Below, piece after piece: positions 50,978-64,000 of a DNA stretch of 64,000 nt. Within the stretch, counting starts at the first letter, position 1. Each line of letters starts with the position of its first letter. The notes under the pieces are model-generated. The model was given only the letters and a program-made list of their open reading frames with translations. It made no database searches and was not told the DNA's origin. Both the position numbers and the translations under genes were made by a program. Source of the stretch: Podarcis cretensis (taxonomy: Eukaryota); NCBI GenBank assembly GCA_951804945.1, contig OX638151.1, forward strand, positions 32,550,001 through 32,614,000. The letters are read 5' to 3'.

Positions 50978-53900
50978 ACATGGTTTTGCATAGGGTCACA
51001 CAAAAAACCCACCATTAGATTAAAGCTTACATTGGTAAACTGCACAGTAAAAATCAAGAGTTCCCATTCTTTTCAGCACCACAGAAACACTGATCCAAGA
51101 CACAGGTGCTCATTGGATCTTCATGATTTTTTTTCCCACACAGTAAAACCCATTGCTAAATTAGAGAACACACTGTGGATACAGAGCAGGTCTATGATTT
51201 CATGGCAGGGTGTGTGTGTTGTTTTTTTTTTTGGGGGGGGGGTAAATTAGGAATAAACAGGCATTTGGAGGATAAATCAGGACTGAGATTATGATATGTA
51301 GGTATGGGGGAGGCAGCAATAGTAATCTCTTCCCCTGTGCCATGATTTTGCTATTGCGTCCTGGTGTCCCAAGAACAAAGAAAGCAAAACAAAACCCAGA
51401 TCTGCAAAATGCAACCACACACCACAAATCTAGTTTGGCCCTACAGCAAATGAAAAAGCAAATAAAAACCACAGAATTGCAGGTGTAAGAGAGATACCTG
51501 ACTGCCAAACCTACTTCGGTGAATATAGATCCCTCTTTGCAAGCAGCAAGCATTTCTGTACAGATAGAAACTTGTGTTGGAAATGCACAGAGGCCAGTCC
51601 TAGGACATGTGGACAGCAAATTGTAAGAGAAGCATGTAATCCTAGAGTCAGCTGAAAGATTCTTTAACATGTCAACAAAGACTCAAAGGTACAACCTCCT
51701 ATGTTGGGTAGTATTATGATTACAATGGTGCACCTCAGGTTAAGGACTATTCTTCCACTGCCTGGGAACTGAAACAAAACATCCCTTCTTGGATTACTAC
51801 TGATAGACATGCTACGGCTCAACAGTGAATCTTCGTTCCAAGGTAAATGAATGTGCAGTTCTAGAACTATAATACATGCTCCTTTCTCAAAGACACTGGC
51901 ATGAATGATTCTTCAGCATTTATCTATAGCAGAGTGCTATAATGCATGCATCTTTAGACAGTGGCACAGCCCTCAACGTGTCTTCCCAAAATTGTGAGGA
52001 AACTCCTGAGAAACTGCTAGATCCTTATCTCAATACCATTATGAAGTTTCCACCCCAAAATGGGAAAGTACTACTGCCCAAAACAATAAGGCTGGCATTT
52101 AAGATCAAAGCACATTTATTAAAGACAGACTGGTATTGCCCTATGATCTTCCAGACAAATGTAGAATTTAATTAAAAGGCAGCTAGCTGCTTTTTCCCTC
52201 TCAAGTTTGTTTTATTACTTATGTTGTATCATGTATCAACATGCATCTATTAAAAAACAAAGTCATAAAAATAATGAATGGAAAAATGAGCAAGCAAGAT
52301 ATAGCCTAGCTATATATCCACTCCCTTCGCCTTTCTCCAATCCACTGCCTTAAAACCATACCTTGTGCCAGAAAACTCGAAACAAAAATATCCAGAACTT
52401 CAAGATTTCATGCTCAATATGTTGTATATAAACCATCCAAGACAGATAAATATTCAGCCAACATCCTCTTACCTGTCAATGACAATCTCCAAGTTTTCCT
52501 CTGCAACTTGTTCCATCATCCAACTATAGTTATACATATTTTAAAAGCCCTTTGAATATTTAGATTAAAAATTGCCTTTAAAAAAACTTTACACGGGGGG
52601 AGTTGGCTTTTAAAGTTAAGCCTCAAAAAAGCAGTCGATCAGTCATGCATTGAGTCCCAAATGTCTGTTTCATTCAGTCGAGGAGAAACAGGTGCTGCAA
52701 ACTCTCAAGGCAAAGAAATTTAAGAGATTTAGCACGGCACAAAACAGAAGTTTTAAAAAAAGCAAATTACCAAAGTTAAAAGCTTTAGAAGTTTAGTAGC
52801 TCTGAAGCTGTGATCTACACAATATTGATCAAACGTTAAAAAGCAGCTTTGACTTTTAAAAGATGTTTTAAGATTGCATTCATTTTCTCAGACTAGCTGC
52901 TATTATAATCTTTCTCTGTGAGACTACCGACAGAGTATCCTTAATATTGTTACAGCCCATTAAAGAGCACTGGTGCAGCCCAATGTGAAGAGGAGAAAAA
53001 AATATACTCAGGATAGCATCATCAGGTAAAGAGGCAATATAAAGTAATATTTTCCTGCCGTCCAAGGAGTCCTTGTGAGCTACACTCTTTTCTCAGCTCT
53101 GAACCATCCCTCGACTGTCTGCTCTTACAGGCAAGCTTCTATAAAAGGATGAGGAAGCTTTTTCAGCCTTTTCAGGACTGGATCGACAACTGGCCACCCA
53201 CCTGTCAATCATATGACATCAGACAATTCAAATTTGAAACTGGGAGCAGGCACAACTTTGCTCTTTAAAAGCCAGCAGCAGAGCCATATCTCCTAACTTA
53301 GCACTGTGGGAAAACTTAGTGCTGACGTGAGGAACCCTCCAGATACTGCTGTACCACCACTCCCATAATCCTTAGCTATTGACCAGTCTTGCTGGGGATT
53401 ATGGGAATTATATTCAGCAACATCTGAAGGGTGAAGGCTTCATCACTCCTGACTTAATGCTTAGATCAAAGGTAACAACAGATCTCTGGGCCTGATATCA
53501 TATGACACCATGATGTCAGGCAGCTGATACGTAGGCATAGCCTTGTAAGCCAAACTGAGAGGCCTGGGAAGCCTAAGTAGGCCCACAAGCTGGATGTTCC
53601 CCACCCCTACCCTATAAGGATCATTCTTGGGTGTTCAGGTTTCTCTATTCGCTGCCTTGTTTCAGATGTATATTCATTTCCTGAGATTGTAATAGAACTC
53701 ATTTGAGCACAAGCTGGGGTACAAGACATCAAATTTTAGATGAGGTACCATGAGGCACCTATCTACATGGAAGTGATGAGGTGACAGTGATAGGTGTCTG
53801 CTTCTTTCACAAAAATCATATTTTACTAGAAAACCAGTTTCTACCATGCAATCCATGGTTTCCAGCCAAGGCTGAATGAATGCCATGATTCTCTAGAAAA

Positions 53901-54110
53901 GAGCAGCAAATTGTGGTAAGTTTGTCTGATATGGGACTTAGGAGGAAAACCAGTTTCTGAACCTTAAGAGCATCCCCACACCATTTCTTGCAAGTTGTTC
54001 CTGAAGTTCAGTAGACTTTCAGAGGGGCACAGTGAACTGCCAATAAGTGGGTGGGAAAGTCTATTCCAACCTATTCTATGTGTAAAACTCCACTTAATGA
54101 TTGTTAGGAT

Positions 54111-54199
54111 CATAGCTGTCAACGTTTCCCTTTTCTTGTGAGGAATCCTATTCGGAATAAGGGAATTTCCCGTAAAAAAGGGAAACGTTGACAGCTATG
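54111..54199. mobile_element. 89-bp hAT MITE, nearly complete hairpin
   Basis: Perfect 24-bp TIR catagctgtcaacgtttccctttt; perfect 8-bp TSD gttaggat. Confidence 0.92.
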
Positions 54200-56529
54200 G
54201 TTAGGATTCAACCCATAGTCTAGAATAAATCAGCAATTTTTTTTCATATGGTTGGAAATACAGGTGTGTCAATCTTCGGAGAATAAAGACTATGTCACTT
54301 TTTATGTAACCAGGGTTATAACATATGTTAAATGATCTAAACTTGTATCCAATCTTTAACAAATTTAAGTGTTGTGTCCAATTCTTCCATTTGCAGAAGA
54401 ACCTTGATCTCTCGGCTAATGGAAATGGAGGGGAGGTGTTTTTTGCCGATTCCCTGTTTCCCCTGTAGCTCCCTACACCACCTTCCACGCTGCTCTCTTC
54501 CACAATGCCTCCAACCTTCTGGAGCAACCGGGGGTGTGGGCAAAAGCTTTATCCCCTCCTCTTCCATTAACAGAGGCTTCCACTGGATCAAAAGCTCTTC
54601 TACCACCTGAAGGCACAACAGGATTCAACCCTGATGTTACAACAGGTATATAGAGGAATAAAATGAATATGCAGAGCAAACAATTTAACATATTGTGCTC
54701 CAAGTAACACTGTTGCATGGCAACAAGAATCTACTGCAGGGAAGTAGAAAACCTTTTGATTTGCCAAATTACAGTTCTTTCTGGAAAAAAAGGGAAGTCA
54801 AGCAGTAGAGGAAACTAAACCTAGGTCTTGAGGAAAGCTGCAGTTCATCTAATGAACTGATTGTCCACTGCCAGAACTCCCTACTCAGCCTGCTCTTTGA
54901 CTCTCTCCCGTACACCCACAAGACCACATTTTCAGTGTCTTCAGAAATTGTGTCCCAGCTTACTCCGATAACAAATAATTCTAAAGAATAACTACACCCT
55001 CGGTAGAAATTTACCATTTCCAGAAATTATGAATCCATAGTGGGGGGGGGGGAAGTGTGGTGGGTTTTTTTAATGGACATTTTAGTAAATTCAGAAATAT
55101 GCAATACTTATTTTTGTAAGTATTTGCAATACTTATTTTTGTATCAGAGCTAAGCTTCCTTCACTACTTTGAGAGCATAAAATTTCTTCAGTTAGCTCCA
55201 GAGAAAAACTAGTAAAGGAAGAACTTCTCCCAGAAGCACCCATACAAAAACCTTTTCCAATGCTCTAAATTAGTTTGTATTTGCTGACCTCAGCTAATGA
55301 AATGTTCTCATTAAGCATGCATACCAGTAGCTCCAGACATGTATATGTCTCCCTCATCTTAGTTTTGATTAACACATAGCTGATTAACACATAGTTTAAT
55401 CAAGCTATCCAAAGGCACACCTTTAATTCGATTCTCCAGAGAGCCTGGTTGAAGTTAACAGGTCACCTGTAAATCACTACCGCTGTTTTTTGCATCCATT
55501 CTGCACCAATGGCAACTCCTTGTCACCTATCAAGACCCTTTCACTTCTGGATCTTGAGAGGAAATTCTCACCAGGTGTAATCTGGCCTGTTTAAGCAATA
55601 GGTTTCCACCTAGGATTCAGTGTTCAGTCTTGAAGTTCAACTGTTTGGTTCAGATCAGGCTGCTCTAGCCCCCATCATGGTGAGCTTTGGACACATTCTT
55701 GGATGGGCTGTTCTATGGGTCTAGGAAGAGGATTACTTCACCGGACAGGCTGCTCCAACCGTTTTCCTTTATTTAGCTAGCTTGGTCCCCTTTTCCTTCC
55801 CTGCTCCTTGATATTCCTTTCCATGTTCTGGTTTGTTGTTCTGAACTTGCTTCAGTTAGGAGGTACCCAGCGATACTCAAGCTTAAGTTTCACAAGGTCA
55901 CAAGATTCAGGGAATTGCATAGCTTGGACATCCACAGCTCCAGTAAGTCCAGGGACATTAATCAGTCTGGTGCTAATGAAGAACTCCAGGCTCACTCCCA
56001 CCGCCTTCTCCTCTCACATCTAGAAGGACCATGTTGAAGCATCCCTTTCCTTTTGAACTCTGCTCTTTTCTTCCGCTCTAAATTTATTCCCACCGGCACT
56101 AGCAGTGTGTACTTCTCCAAAAGATAATCTCATCCCCTACATACCTAACCAATCACTGTGCTTTGCAGGAGAGTGCATCCTGCAGATATTATCCTATCAG
56201 GAAGTCTACTTCGCACAATATTGGAATCAGGCCTTTAGTCATGGCGATACCTGCCCCTTTTCAACTCCCTCGTTGCATATCAGACAGGTTGCTTCAGTAA
56301 CGGCTAAAGACATTCCTATTTTAAGGAGTCTTCAAAAATCTTTATCACTGTTGGTATCTGTATTAAATTTGGATTGATTTTATGTATGTGCTGTTACTTG
56401 TTTTTGGATAGGCAACTGTTTTATATCTGTAAACTGCTTTGGCATGCCCCATGGGAAGTGATTTATAAATGAAATTGACAATGATAATGATGATATATAA
56501 TTCCTCCTCTTATACCAGTTGGGCTCTAC

Positions 56530-56532
<3 letters not shown>

Positions 56533-56560
<28 letters not shown>
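56533..56560. repeat. (TC)n microsatellite
   Basis: Read directly from the sequence. Confidence 0.95.
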
Positions 56561-56563
<3 letters not shown>

Positions 56564-59369
56564 TCTCCTTTTATTTGGTCAGGGGCTTTTCCCACCTCAA
56601 ACTGCCCTAGCTGCAACTAAGCAGCCAATCCGACTTTAATGCTACTTGATTAATCAGTCCTTTTTCATTCTGTAACAACTTTTATATTAATCAATGTCTT
56701 AACTTGTAATAAAATTCTACATTTTTAAAATTCTGAATTCTGGTTTGTTGTTGACTTCCTCTTTCTCTATATATATAATGACTTGAAGGGTAATCTCCCT
56801 TTGGGGTACCATGTCTCTAAACTAAAGATATATTATTACATGTATCAGTCAAGTACAAGTGTACACAAGTGTGTTTGCATGAATGTATGATCTAGAACAC
56901 ACAAGTGACATCCACACAATATACTCAAAGCTGTCTTATATCACTTTAACCATCAACATCCGCCCCCCCCCAAAAAAATCCTTGGAACTGTAGCTTGTAA
57001 GAGTTCTCAAAACTGTAGCTGTAAGGAGCTTCTCAACCTTAATAAACTACCTCCACAGCCTCTCTCAACTCAAAGACCCACCCACACTGCAAGGCACACT
57101 CTTGGCCTGTCGCCCCCCCCCCCCGCAATCTAAGATGATGGGGGGTGGGGGCTTAACTTGAATCCTTTGTTATGATCTGTTCAGTGATGCAGTTTTTATT
57201 TTCAGGAACTCCAAACTCCCCTCTTTCTTTCACTGGCTGGTAAAAGTCTTTTTATTCTAGCAGGCTTTTGCCTACTGCAGTCATTGTTAATTGTCATCTC
57301 CACTGTTGTTACATTTAAATGGATTTTAATGCTTTATGTTTTATCTATTGTTGTTGTTGCATTTAGTAATTTATATTTCTATTGTATTGTGATTTTTTTG
57401 AGTCTGAAAAACAACATATACTTTTTAAAAAAAAAAAAACAGTGCAACTGAAATGCATCTGAAAACCTATTAATCAGTGGGACTCTTATTACATCAGTGT
57501 AGTTTGCTCTTTTTGGCCAGGACCAGTTAATAACTGGTGTTCCATATTCTGGATCAGCTGATATTTCTGAATGATCTTCAAATGTAACTCAGGTGCAGGG
57601 CATAACAGTAAATCTGCTCAGGTATTTTATCAGTGAATGTTTAACACTGACAGTCAGTTCAGTGAGCTGTTTACAGTACTGAGATTTTAAAATATCCAAA
57701 TGAATTTGCTTTGGCAAATGGGAAAACTCCTTTGACAGAGAGTGATCGGATTTCTTAAGGAATGTGCCCAACACCCACCAAATTATGCAGTAAAAGGTGG
57801 GCTGGTATTAGTGAACACTGCATTCAATTTGCAAAGCTGCAATGACATTAGTGGGCTCAGTGATCAATATAAGTCATGCCAAACCCATTATAAATATGAC
57901 CCCCCATTCCAACTTCTAAAAATGAATGGGCAAAAGATAGATCAGAATCTACTGGTGGGTCAGTAGGTGACTTGAAAGAGTTTCCAACTCCTAACTGTTT
58001 AACAACAGCAACAACAAAAGTCCTCTTCTTTCTTCTTTCATATTAGGCTGTTAGGATCCCTGCTGATCTGTAGTAAATTTGTATGTATTTTTGCATGTCA
58101 ACTGATAATAGTGTACAGTAGTCACATTATATGTGAAGGTCCAGTTACAGAGGCAGCATGAATACACAAATTCACATACTGTCTAGCCAAAATTTACCTG
58201 GTTGCTTTCTGGCGGGAAGGGTGGTGGGATGAAGTCCTACACAGAAGCCCTCTCAGTGTCTCCACTATCTTCCCTTCACTCCTCAACACATGGCAGTTGC
58301 ATATTGCTTTCCCTCCACTTTGGGGTATTGCAGTGAGAGTCAGGAGCAGCAACCCAGTTCCCTCACCGATGACCATGACAGTGGGGTGATCAGCTTTGGT
58401 GGCGGTGGCAGCCTTCTGGGCAATGGTTGCAGTGGAGGAGGAGGAGAGATAAAGGTGGAAGGGAGAAGATGGAGGGATGCATACAGAAGTGCCAGCTCCA
58501 TCCATTCTAGCCTTTTTCTTTAGCCTGCATCTCTCTCTGCCGCCGCCCTCCTCCTCCTCCTCCTCCTCCTCCGTTCCACCTTTGTCTCTCCCGCACCACA
58601 ACTTCCCTGCTGGTTGCCGCAGCCAAGGGAGCTGGCACTGGGGCCCCCTGGAGAGAAATGAAATACTGAAAGCTACAAGCTGGAGTTGAGCACATGTAAT
58701 TGATTCAGTGCAAGTTAAATGCGCATGTGATGCGACAACACTGTATATAGCTCATGGCATGGCATGGATAACGAACTCTGTCCCTTGGGTCACCATTTGG
58801 TATCTGACTCCAAACCCATCATTTTGCACTCAGCTCTGGATTGGTGAATCTTGAAAGAGTTCTAGTAAACAAACAAACAAAAATAAGTTGGATCCCTGAA
58901 CCCCAACATCTGCACACACTTGTTCTGTAAGACAATGAAATTGCACAAGCCACTACTTCTTATCAGGACAGAATATACAGCATGCCAATGCAAATTCCCT
59001 CAGAATGGTTTTATAATTTGAAAGCAGAGGTCCTTTGGAGAACCTACTAGCCAAGGTTTTGTTTTTAACTGAAGAAGTTGGGGATCAAACCTAGGCCTTC
59101 AGCATGCGACACATGCGCTCTACACCTTTGCTTTCACATTTTCACTCATGACAATGAATGCTTCACTGCTCAATAGCAGATGTAGCAAATGACAGCCTCC
59201 CTCACAAATTTGGAGATGAAGAACTGAGTAGCAGTTGGGTAGTAACCCTCAGTTCCACAACACAATTGCTTCATTTAAGATGAGAGTCACAATCCTGGAC
59301 TTAGCTCAGCATGACAGCATGAAGACCAAGTGTCTAAGGCCCTCCAGAAGTAATTGCAGGGCAAAACAT

Positions 59370-59688
59370 TTTATTATTCTTATTGTTAAATTTGTATACT
59401 GCCCTTCATCTGTAGACCTCAGGGAGGTTCACAAAATCAAAATACAGTATGAAAACACAAAATACATAATAAAAACAAGAGCAAACAAACAAAAGACACC
59501 CACAAACCAATAACCACCCACAAACAGATTTAAAAGGGTATATATGGGAAGTTAACGAGCCCAAAGCCTGCTTGAAAAGGAATGTTTATCCCTGTCCATG
59601 TCAAAGGGAAACATTTTTGCACAAACCATGGTGTTGAGTATCCCCACTATATTGTTTGTGTGTGCATGTGTGCTCAAATGCATACACA

Positions 59689-59722
<34 letters not shown>

Positions 59723-59768
59723 TTATTTTTAAAAAGAACTTGCTTTGGTATAGCTCCAGACCAGCAAG

Positions 59769-59802
<34 letters not shown>

Positions 59803-60050
59803 ATTTAATTTGTACACCACCCTTCATCCGAAGATCACAGAGTGGTTCACAACATAAAAGTATGACATGAGAACACAGAATACACAATAGAAAAACAAAC
59901 CAATACCCCCTCCCAAAAACACATTTAAAAGACTACAGAAAGTTATAGAACGTTTAATTAGCCAAAAGCCTGGTTATAGAAAAATGTTTTTGCCTGGTGC
60001 TTAAAGATATGTAATGAAGCTGCCAGGCAAACATTCTTGGGGAAAGCATT
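59370..60050 (-). mobile_element. Two adjacent L2-type 3' tails separated by (CA)n/(CAGA)n
   Basis: tttgtatactgcccttcatc...gttcacaa motif occurs twice; related tails near 5130 and 24230. Confidence 0.6.
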
Positions 60051-60087
60051 GCTTCATGCTAACCACAGTTTAGAACAAACTATGGTA

Positions 60088-60407
60088 CAGTGGTGCCCCG
60101 CAAGACGAACGCCTCACAAGACGGAAAACCCGCTAGACGAAAGGGTTTTCCGTTTTGGAGGCGCTTCGCAAAACGAATTTCCCTATGGGCTTGCTTCGCA
60201 AGACGAAAATGTCTTGCGAGTTCCTGCGGGGTTCCCCCCCCCTTTTCTAAGCCGCTAAGCCGCTTATCAGCTGATCCGCTAAAAGCCGCTAAGCCGCTAA
60301 TAGCGCTAATCCGCTAAGCCGTCAATGGGCTTGCTTCGCAAGACGAAAAAACCGCTAGACAAAGAGACTCGCGGAACAGATTAATTTCGTCTTGCGAGGC
60401 ACCACTG
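60088..60407. mobile_element. Tc1/mariner-Tigger MITE with internal gctaagcc array
   Basis: TA|cagtggtgccccgcaagacgaa...ttcgtcttgcgaggcaccactg|TA. Confidence 0.85.
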
Positions 60408-61332
60408 TATAAGTTGATAAACCATTGGTCTAATCATGTTTACAGTGCTTGTCTGCTTTTTCTGTCTTCCCATCTCTACAACGAAGCAATTTTTCAAAGT
60501 AGAAAAATTGCCTCAACTGCAATTTGTCAATTCAACATTATGCCAAACGAACCATGTTTTTCAAATCCACTTCAACACATGGCTTTCAATTCCAGTTTGC
60601 AACTATAGTTCTTCAGTTCAGACATTATATTAAACCACAGCTAAAATAAGTCAGAGGTACCCATGTTTGACTTTATGTCTGAACTTCTTCCAAAGTCCAC
60701 AATATTTTGACTGGAATTTGTAACCAAGCCAAAAACTGTTGCCAGATTGTTGGCCCTATACCAACAGCAGCTGCAAAGAAGACCTCTGTACCCCTCTTTC
60801 CTGCTTGAAAACATTGAGCCAAGCTTGACCTGGGCTACTGTTCTGCATGTGTCCTGTATCTCTGCACAGCAGCAAAACCATCCCTCTTTCTTGCTCCAGA
60901 AAATGAAATCAGTGGGGCTCTGGACACTTTGCCATGCAGTTGCCAAACACCCAGACATGGACATAGGAAGGAAGCAGGATGACCAGAAACCTGCCAGACA
61001 ATCCCCACCCATCTCTCTATCTGCAGCACTTCAAGTATGTGAAGAAGTCTTGCTCATCATGCTCACCCAACGGCAGTTCACTATGGTGAATAAAACTGAC
61101 AGGGCCTGTTTCATTGGACATTCATTACATCTGAATCAACGTTTGCCTAGCACTGCAACCCAGATTTGATCCTGGGGTCCATTTATCAAGGTGTGGTTGG
61201 AATGTATGACTGAACACAGACAATGTCAAGGTGACACTGAAGTTTTACCAGTACCATTGAATTTGAACTTTTATGGCCATGCACTCCTAAAAAATCATAG
61301 ATAATTCACCGATGAGAGCATATGCTTACATA

Positions 61333-61580
61333 CAGTCATACCTTGGGTTAAAGACGCTTCAGGTTAAATCTTTTCAGGTTGCATCCCGTGGCAACACAGA
61401 AGTAACCGAACGGGTTACTTCTGGGCTTCGCCGCTTGCGCAGATGCTCAAAATGACATCATACGCATGTGCAGGAGTGATGAATTGTGACCTGCACACGC
61501 GCGCAGACACGGGTTGCGTTCCTCTCAGGTTGCGATCGGGGCTTTGGAACAGATCCCGTTCGCAACCAGAGGTACCATTG
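61333..61580. mobile_element. Tc1/mariner-Tigger MITE
   Basis: TA|cagtcataccttggg...agaggtaccattg|TA. Confidence 0.75.
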
Positions 61581-61843
61581 TATTTATTTATTTATATTAT
61601 TTTATTTTACATATGCCACATGTAAGACCCCAATTCAGTATGTCTCATCGACTTAAAAGGGCAGCAGACAGCTGAGCAGAAAAAGACATCTGCATTAAAC
61701 ACTGTGGATCCAACATCATCACTGTGGACTCAACAAATGGACTAAAGCACTTCCTAGGAAGGTATCGTTAGTCTGTATCTCTGTCTCCTGCATGTCACAT
61801 TTCTGAAAAAAATCAACAGGCATGCTTCCCTCAGAGGCTAACA

Positions 61844-62018
61844 GGGGGGAAAGGCCATAGTTCAGTGGTGGAGCAACTGCTTTGCATGTAGAATGTGTCA
61901 CATTCAATTTCTAGCCTATCCAGCCCAGACAGAAAAACTCTAGAGAATCACTGCCAATCAGTATACACAATCCTGAGCTAAATGGTCTGATTCAGTGTGA
62001 GGTAGCTTCCTAAATGTC
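61844..62018 (+). mobile_element. Squam2-like tRNA SINE, degenerate
   Basis: Head ggccatagttcagtggtggagcaactgctttgcatgtagaa; tail aggtagcttcct. Confidence 0.65.
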
Positions 62019-62918
62019 TATAATCGTATGAAAGAAAATCCTAAAGTGGGAAACGATGACTGAAAATAGCAGGGCCATTCAAGTCAAACATTTAGCCCAC
62101 AATAGAACCAAAAGGAAATGCCAAAAGGATCTGCACTGGATTCAAACACGTTCAACTATTCATCCTAATAATTAATATGGGGGGAAACAAGACAACACCC
62201 TTGTACTCTCAACCACTGTGAGGTAAACCTATTTTCCCCAGGAACAAGCAACACCGACATTTCCCCAAGTTGAAATTTGATTTTTCAGTTTATGGTATGA
62301 CTATGGTCGTGCCAATAATACGTTCAACACACTATGAGTTCATATTGTTTGTAGTGTTGCCACCCTCTGGTAAGGTCTTCTCTCCTTTTACCAGACGTTG
62401 CATTAAAGCTTGGTAAAAGTATATTAACATAGACACAAGTTATAAATTACATTTCTAAAATAACATGAAGCATCTTGGTGTCCCAGAGTATCAGATTGTT
62501 CTAAAGTAACTGAAAATACTTTCTTTGGAAAAAACACAGGAAGTTTGTTTTCTTGCTAACGTGCTGAATTTACTGCTTTTGATACTACCTATGATTTCAT
62601 ATTTACATATTAACAAAAACTTATTTTTACTTTCAGTTGAAATTTCACATTATGGATGTGCAAGGAAATGGATATTTAATAAATGATCTCAAAAATTCTG
62701 CATGACCTTTAGAAAATTCTCTCTCCCCATTACCCCTCCCCACAGTGAAATGTAGGAAAACTTGAAGTTACCAATCTATAAAAACACCACAGTGAAACAT
62801 TACACCAAAAACACCTTCCTTTGTTTTACAGAAGTGACCTGGTTCACACATTACACTAAATCATTGGTTCCCAAAGTGGGTGGTACCACCCCTTGGGAAG
62901 CAGTGGGATTGCCTAGGA

Positions 62919-63410
62919 CAGTGATTTTCAACCAGTGTGCCATGGCACCCTGGGGTGCCTTGAATGATGGTCAGGCCTCTGGCCTCTGTCCCCCTTTCCT
63001 TCCCTCCCTCCTCTGATGCTCTCTTGTGTCTCTGCCTTCCAAAGGCTTGTGCGGCTGTTTCTTGCAGCAGCCCTGGCTGCAAGCTCCCCAGGCGAATGGT
63101 GCCTCTGGGGCTGGCCAGGGGCTGCTTTCCAGGCCCCTGTAGGGCAGTGTGAGGAGGCACCTCTCTTTGGGGCAAGGGGGGCAGCTCAGAGACCAAGGGC
63201 AGCAGCAGTGGCTGCCTGGAGGACTTCCAAGGAGAGAGAAGAAACTGACAGAATACTCCACAAGGGAGGGTGTTTGAAAAGGGGTGAGGGGCTGCCGGCT
63301 CTGCAGGTAAGGGGTGACATAACTGGGCTCCTGAGCCCCACAGGGTGCCACAGAAAGAATGTAGTTAGTCAAGGGAGCCATGGACTAAAAAAGGTGGACC
63401 CCCCCCTCTG
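62919..63410. mobile_element. hAT non-autonomous element, apparently nested in another hAT end starting near 62862
   Basis: cagtgattttcaaccagtgtgcc start; gggtgcc...aaaaaggtgga end. Confidence 0.55.
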
Positions 63411-64000
63411 ATCCTGCGGATGCTAAGAGGCAAAGGGGCAGCAGGGAGGTGCTGGATACATAAATGACTTTAAGACTTTGAAAATCTGGCATCCCTGGAT
63501 CAAGTTCACCAATTCTGATGAATTAAGCTAAACAGTTTTAATGGGATTTTTAATAAATGTGTACTTAATTGCTACTGTTTTGAATTCTTTTTGTGTTGTT
63601 CTCTTCCTTACTGGGTGGTGCAAACCACTATTCTGTATAATGCTTTTTATAGGGTTGAGTAGGGGGTGCTGCCCTAGAATTTGCTCTTGGGGTTCCCCTA
63701 ACCCTCTGAAATAGAATTGTGGGTGGTGTGAAGGGGGAGGGGGAGGATAAGTTATCCTCGAACTCATTCCACATGTGCAATGATTTAGCTGAATATAACG
63801 CAAAGGCTTAATATGAACAAGCAGTGTGCTGATTCAATTGTGTCATCCTTTCTCCCATTTCCTTTTATGCTGTTGGGAACAAACCATAGTCTGGTTTGTT
63901 GAGTTATCTGAACTCAAACTTGCAGTTTGTTGCCCCCAAACAAACCATAAATGGCAAGTCAAGAACAAACCTTGGCTTCTGCCTTATGATTATTTGGAAA

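Noticed and set aside
58194-58695. Poly-E, poly-G and poly-S ORFs
   Set aside because: Low-complexity (CCT)n inside a probable degenerate Tigger-like element (~58116-58743); no domain similarity

Overview
This is vertebrate genomic DNA, most likely from a lacertid lizard. That assignment is inferred from the repeats: Sauria (POM-type), Squam2 and Squam3 SINEs and lizard CR1, L2 and Penelope elements. The whole window lies inside one minus-strand gene, ENAH (Mena, Ena/VASP family actin regulator). Coding exons 2-11 were located by hand between 32038 and 479, all with GT-AG boundaries and consistent phases. They encode the EVH1 domain, LERER repeat, Pro-rich 'Mena+' extension and exon 6, polyproline region and the start of EVH2. 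Exon 1 lies beyond the right edge, so 32039-64000 is intron 1. Exons 11a onward lie beyond the left edge. The introns hold many transposon relics, including a near-intact 3.7-kb single-ORF L2 LINE with tandem 112-bp 5' monomers, Sauria SINEs with TSDs, hAT and Tc1/Tigger MITEs, Penelope inverted ends and a candidate solo LTR. I found no convincing new biological system. The best leads concern splicing: a candidate 12-nt microexon, no visible INV exon, QKI motifs, a possible third acceptor for exon 6, and inverted repeats around exons 3-4. The architecture of the young L2 is also notable. Comparisons with mammalian ENAH and repeat family names are from memory, not from a search.
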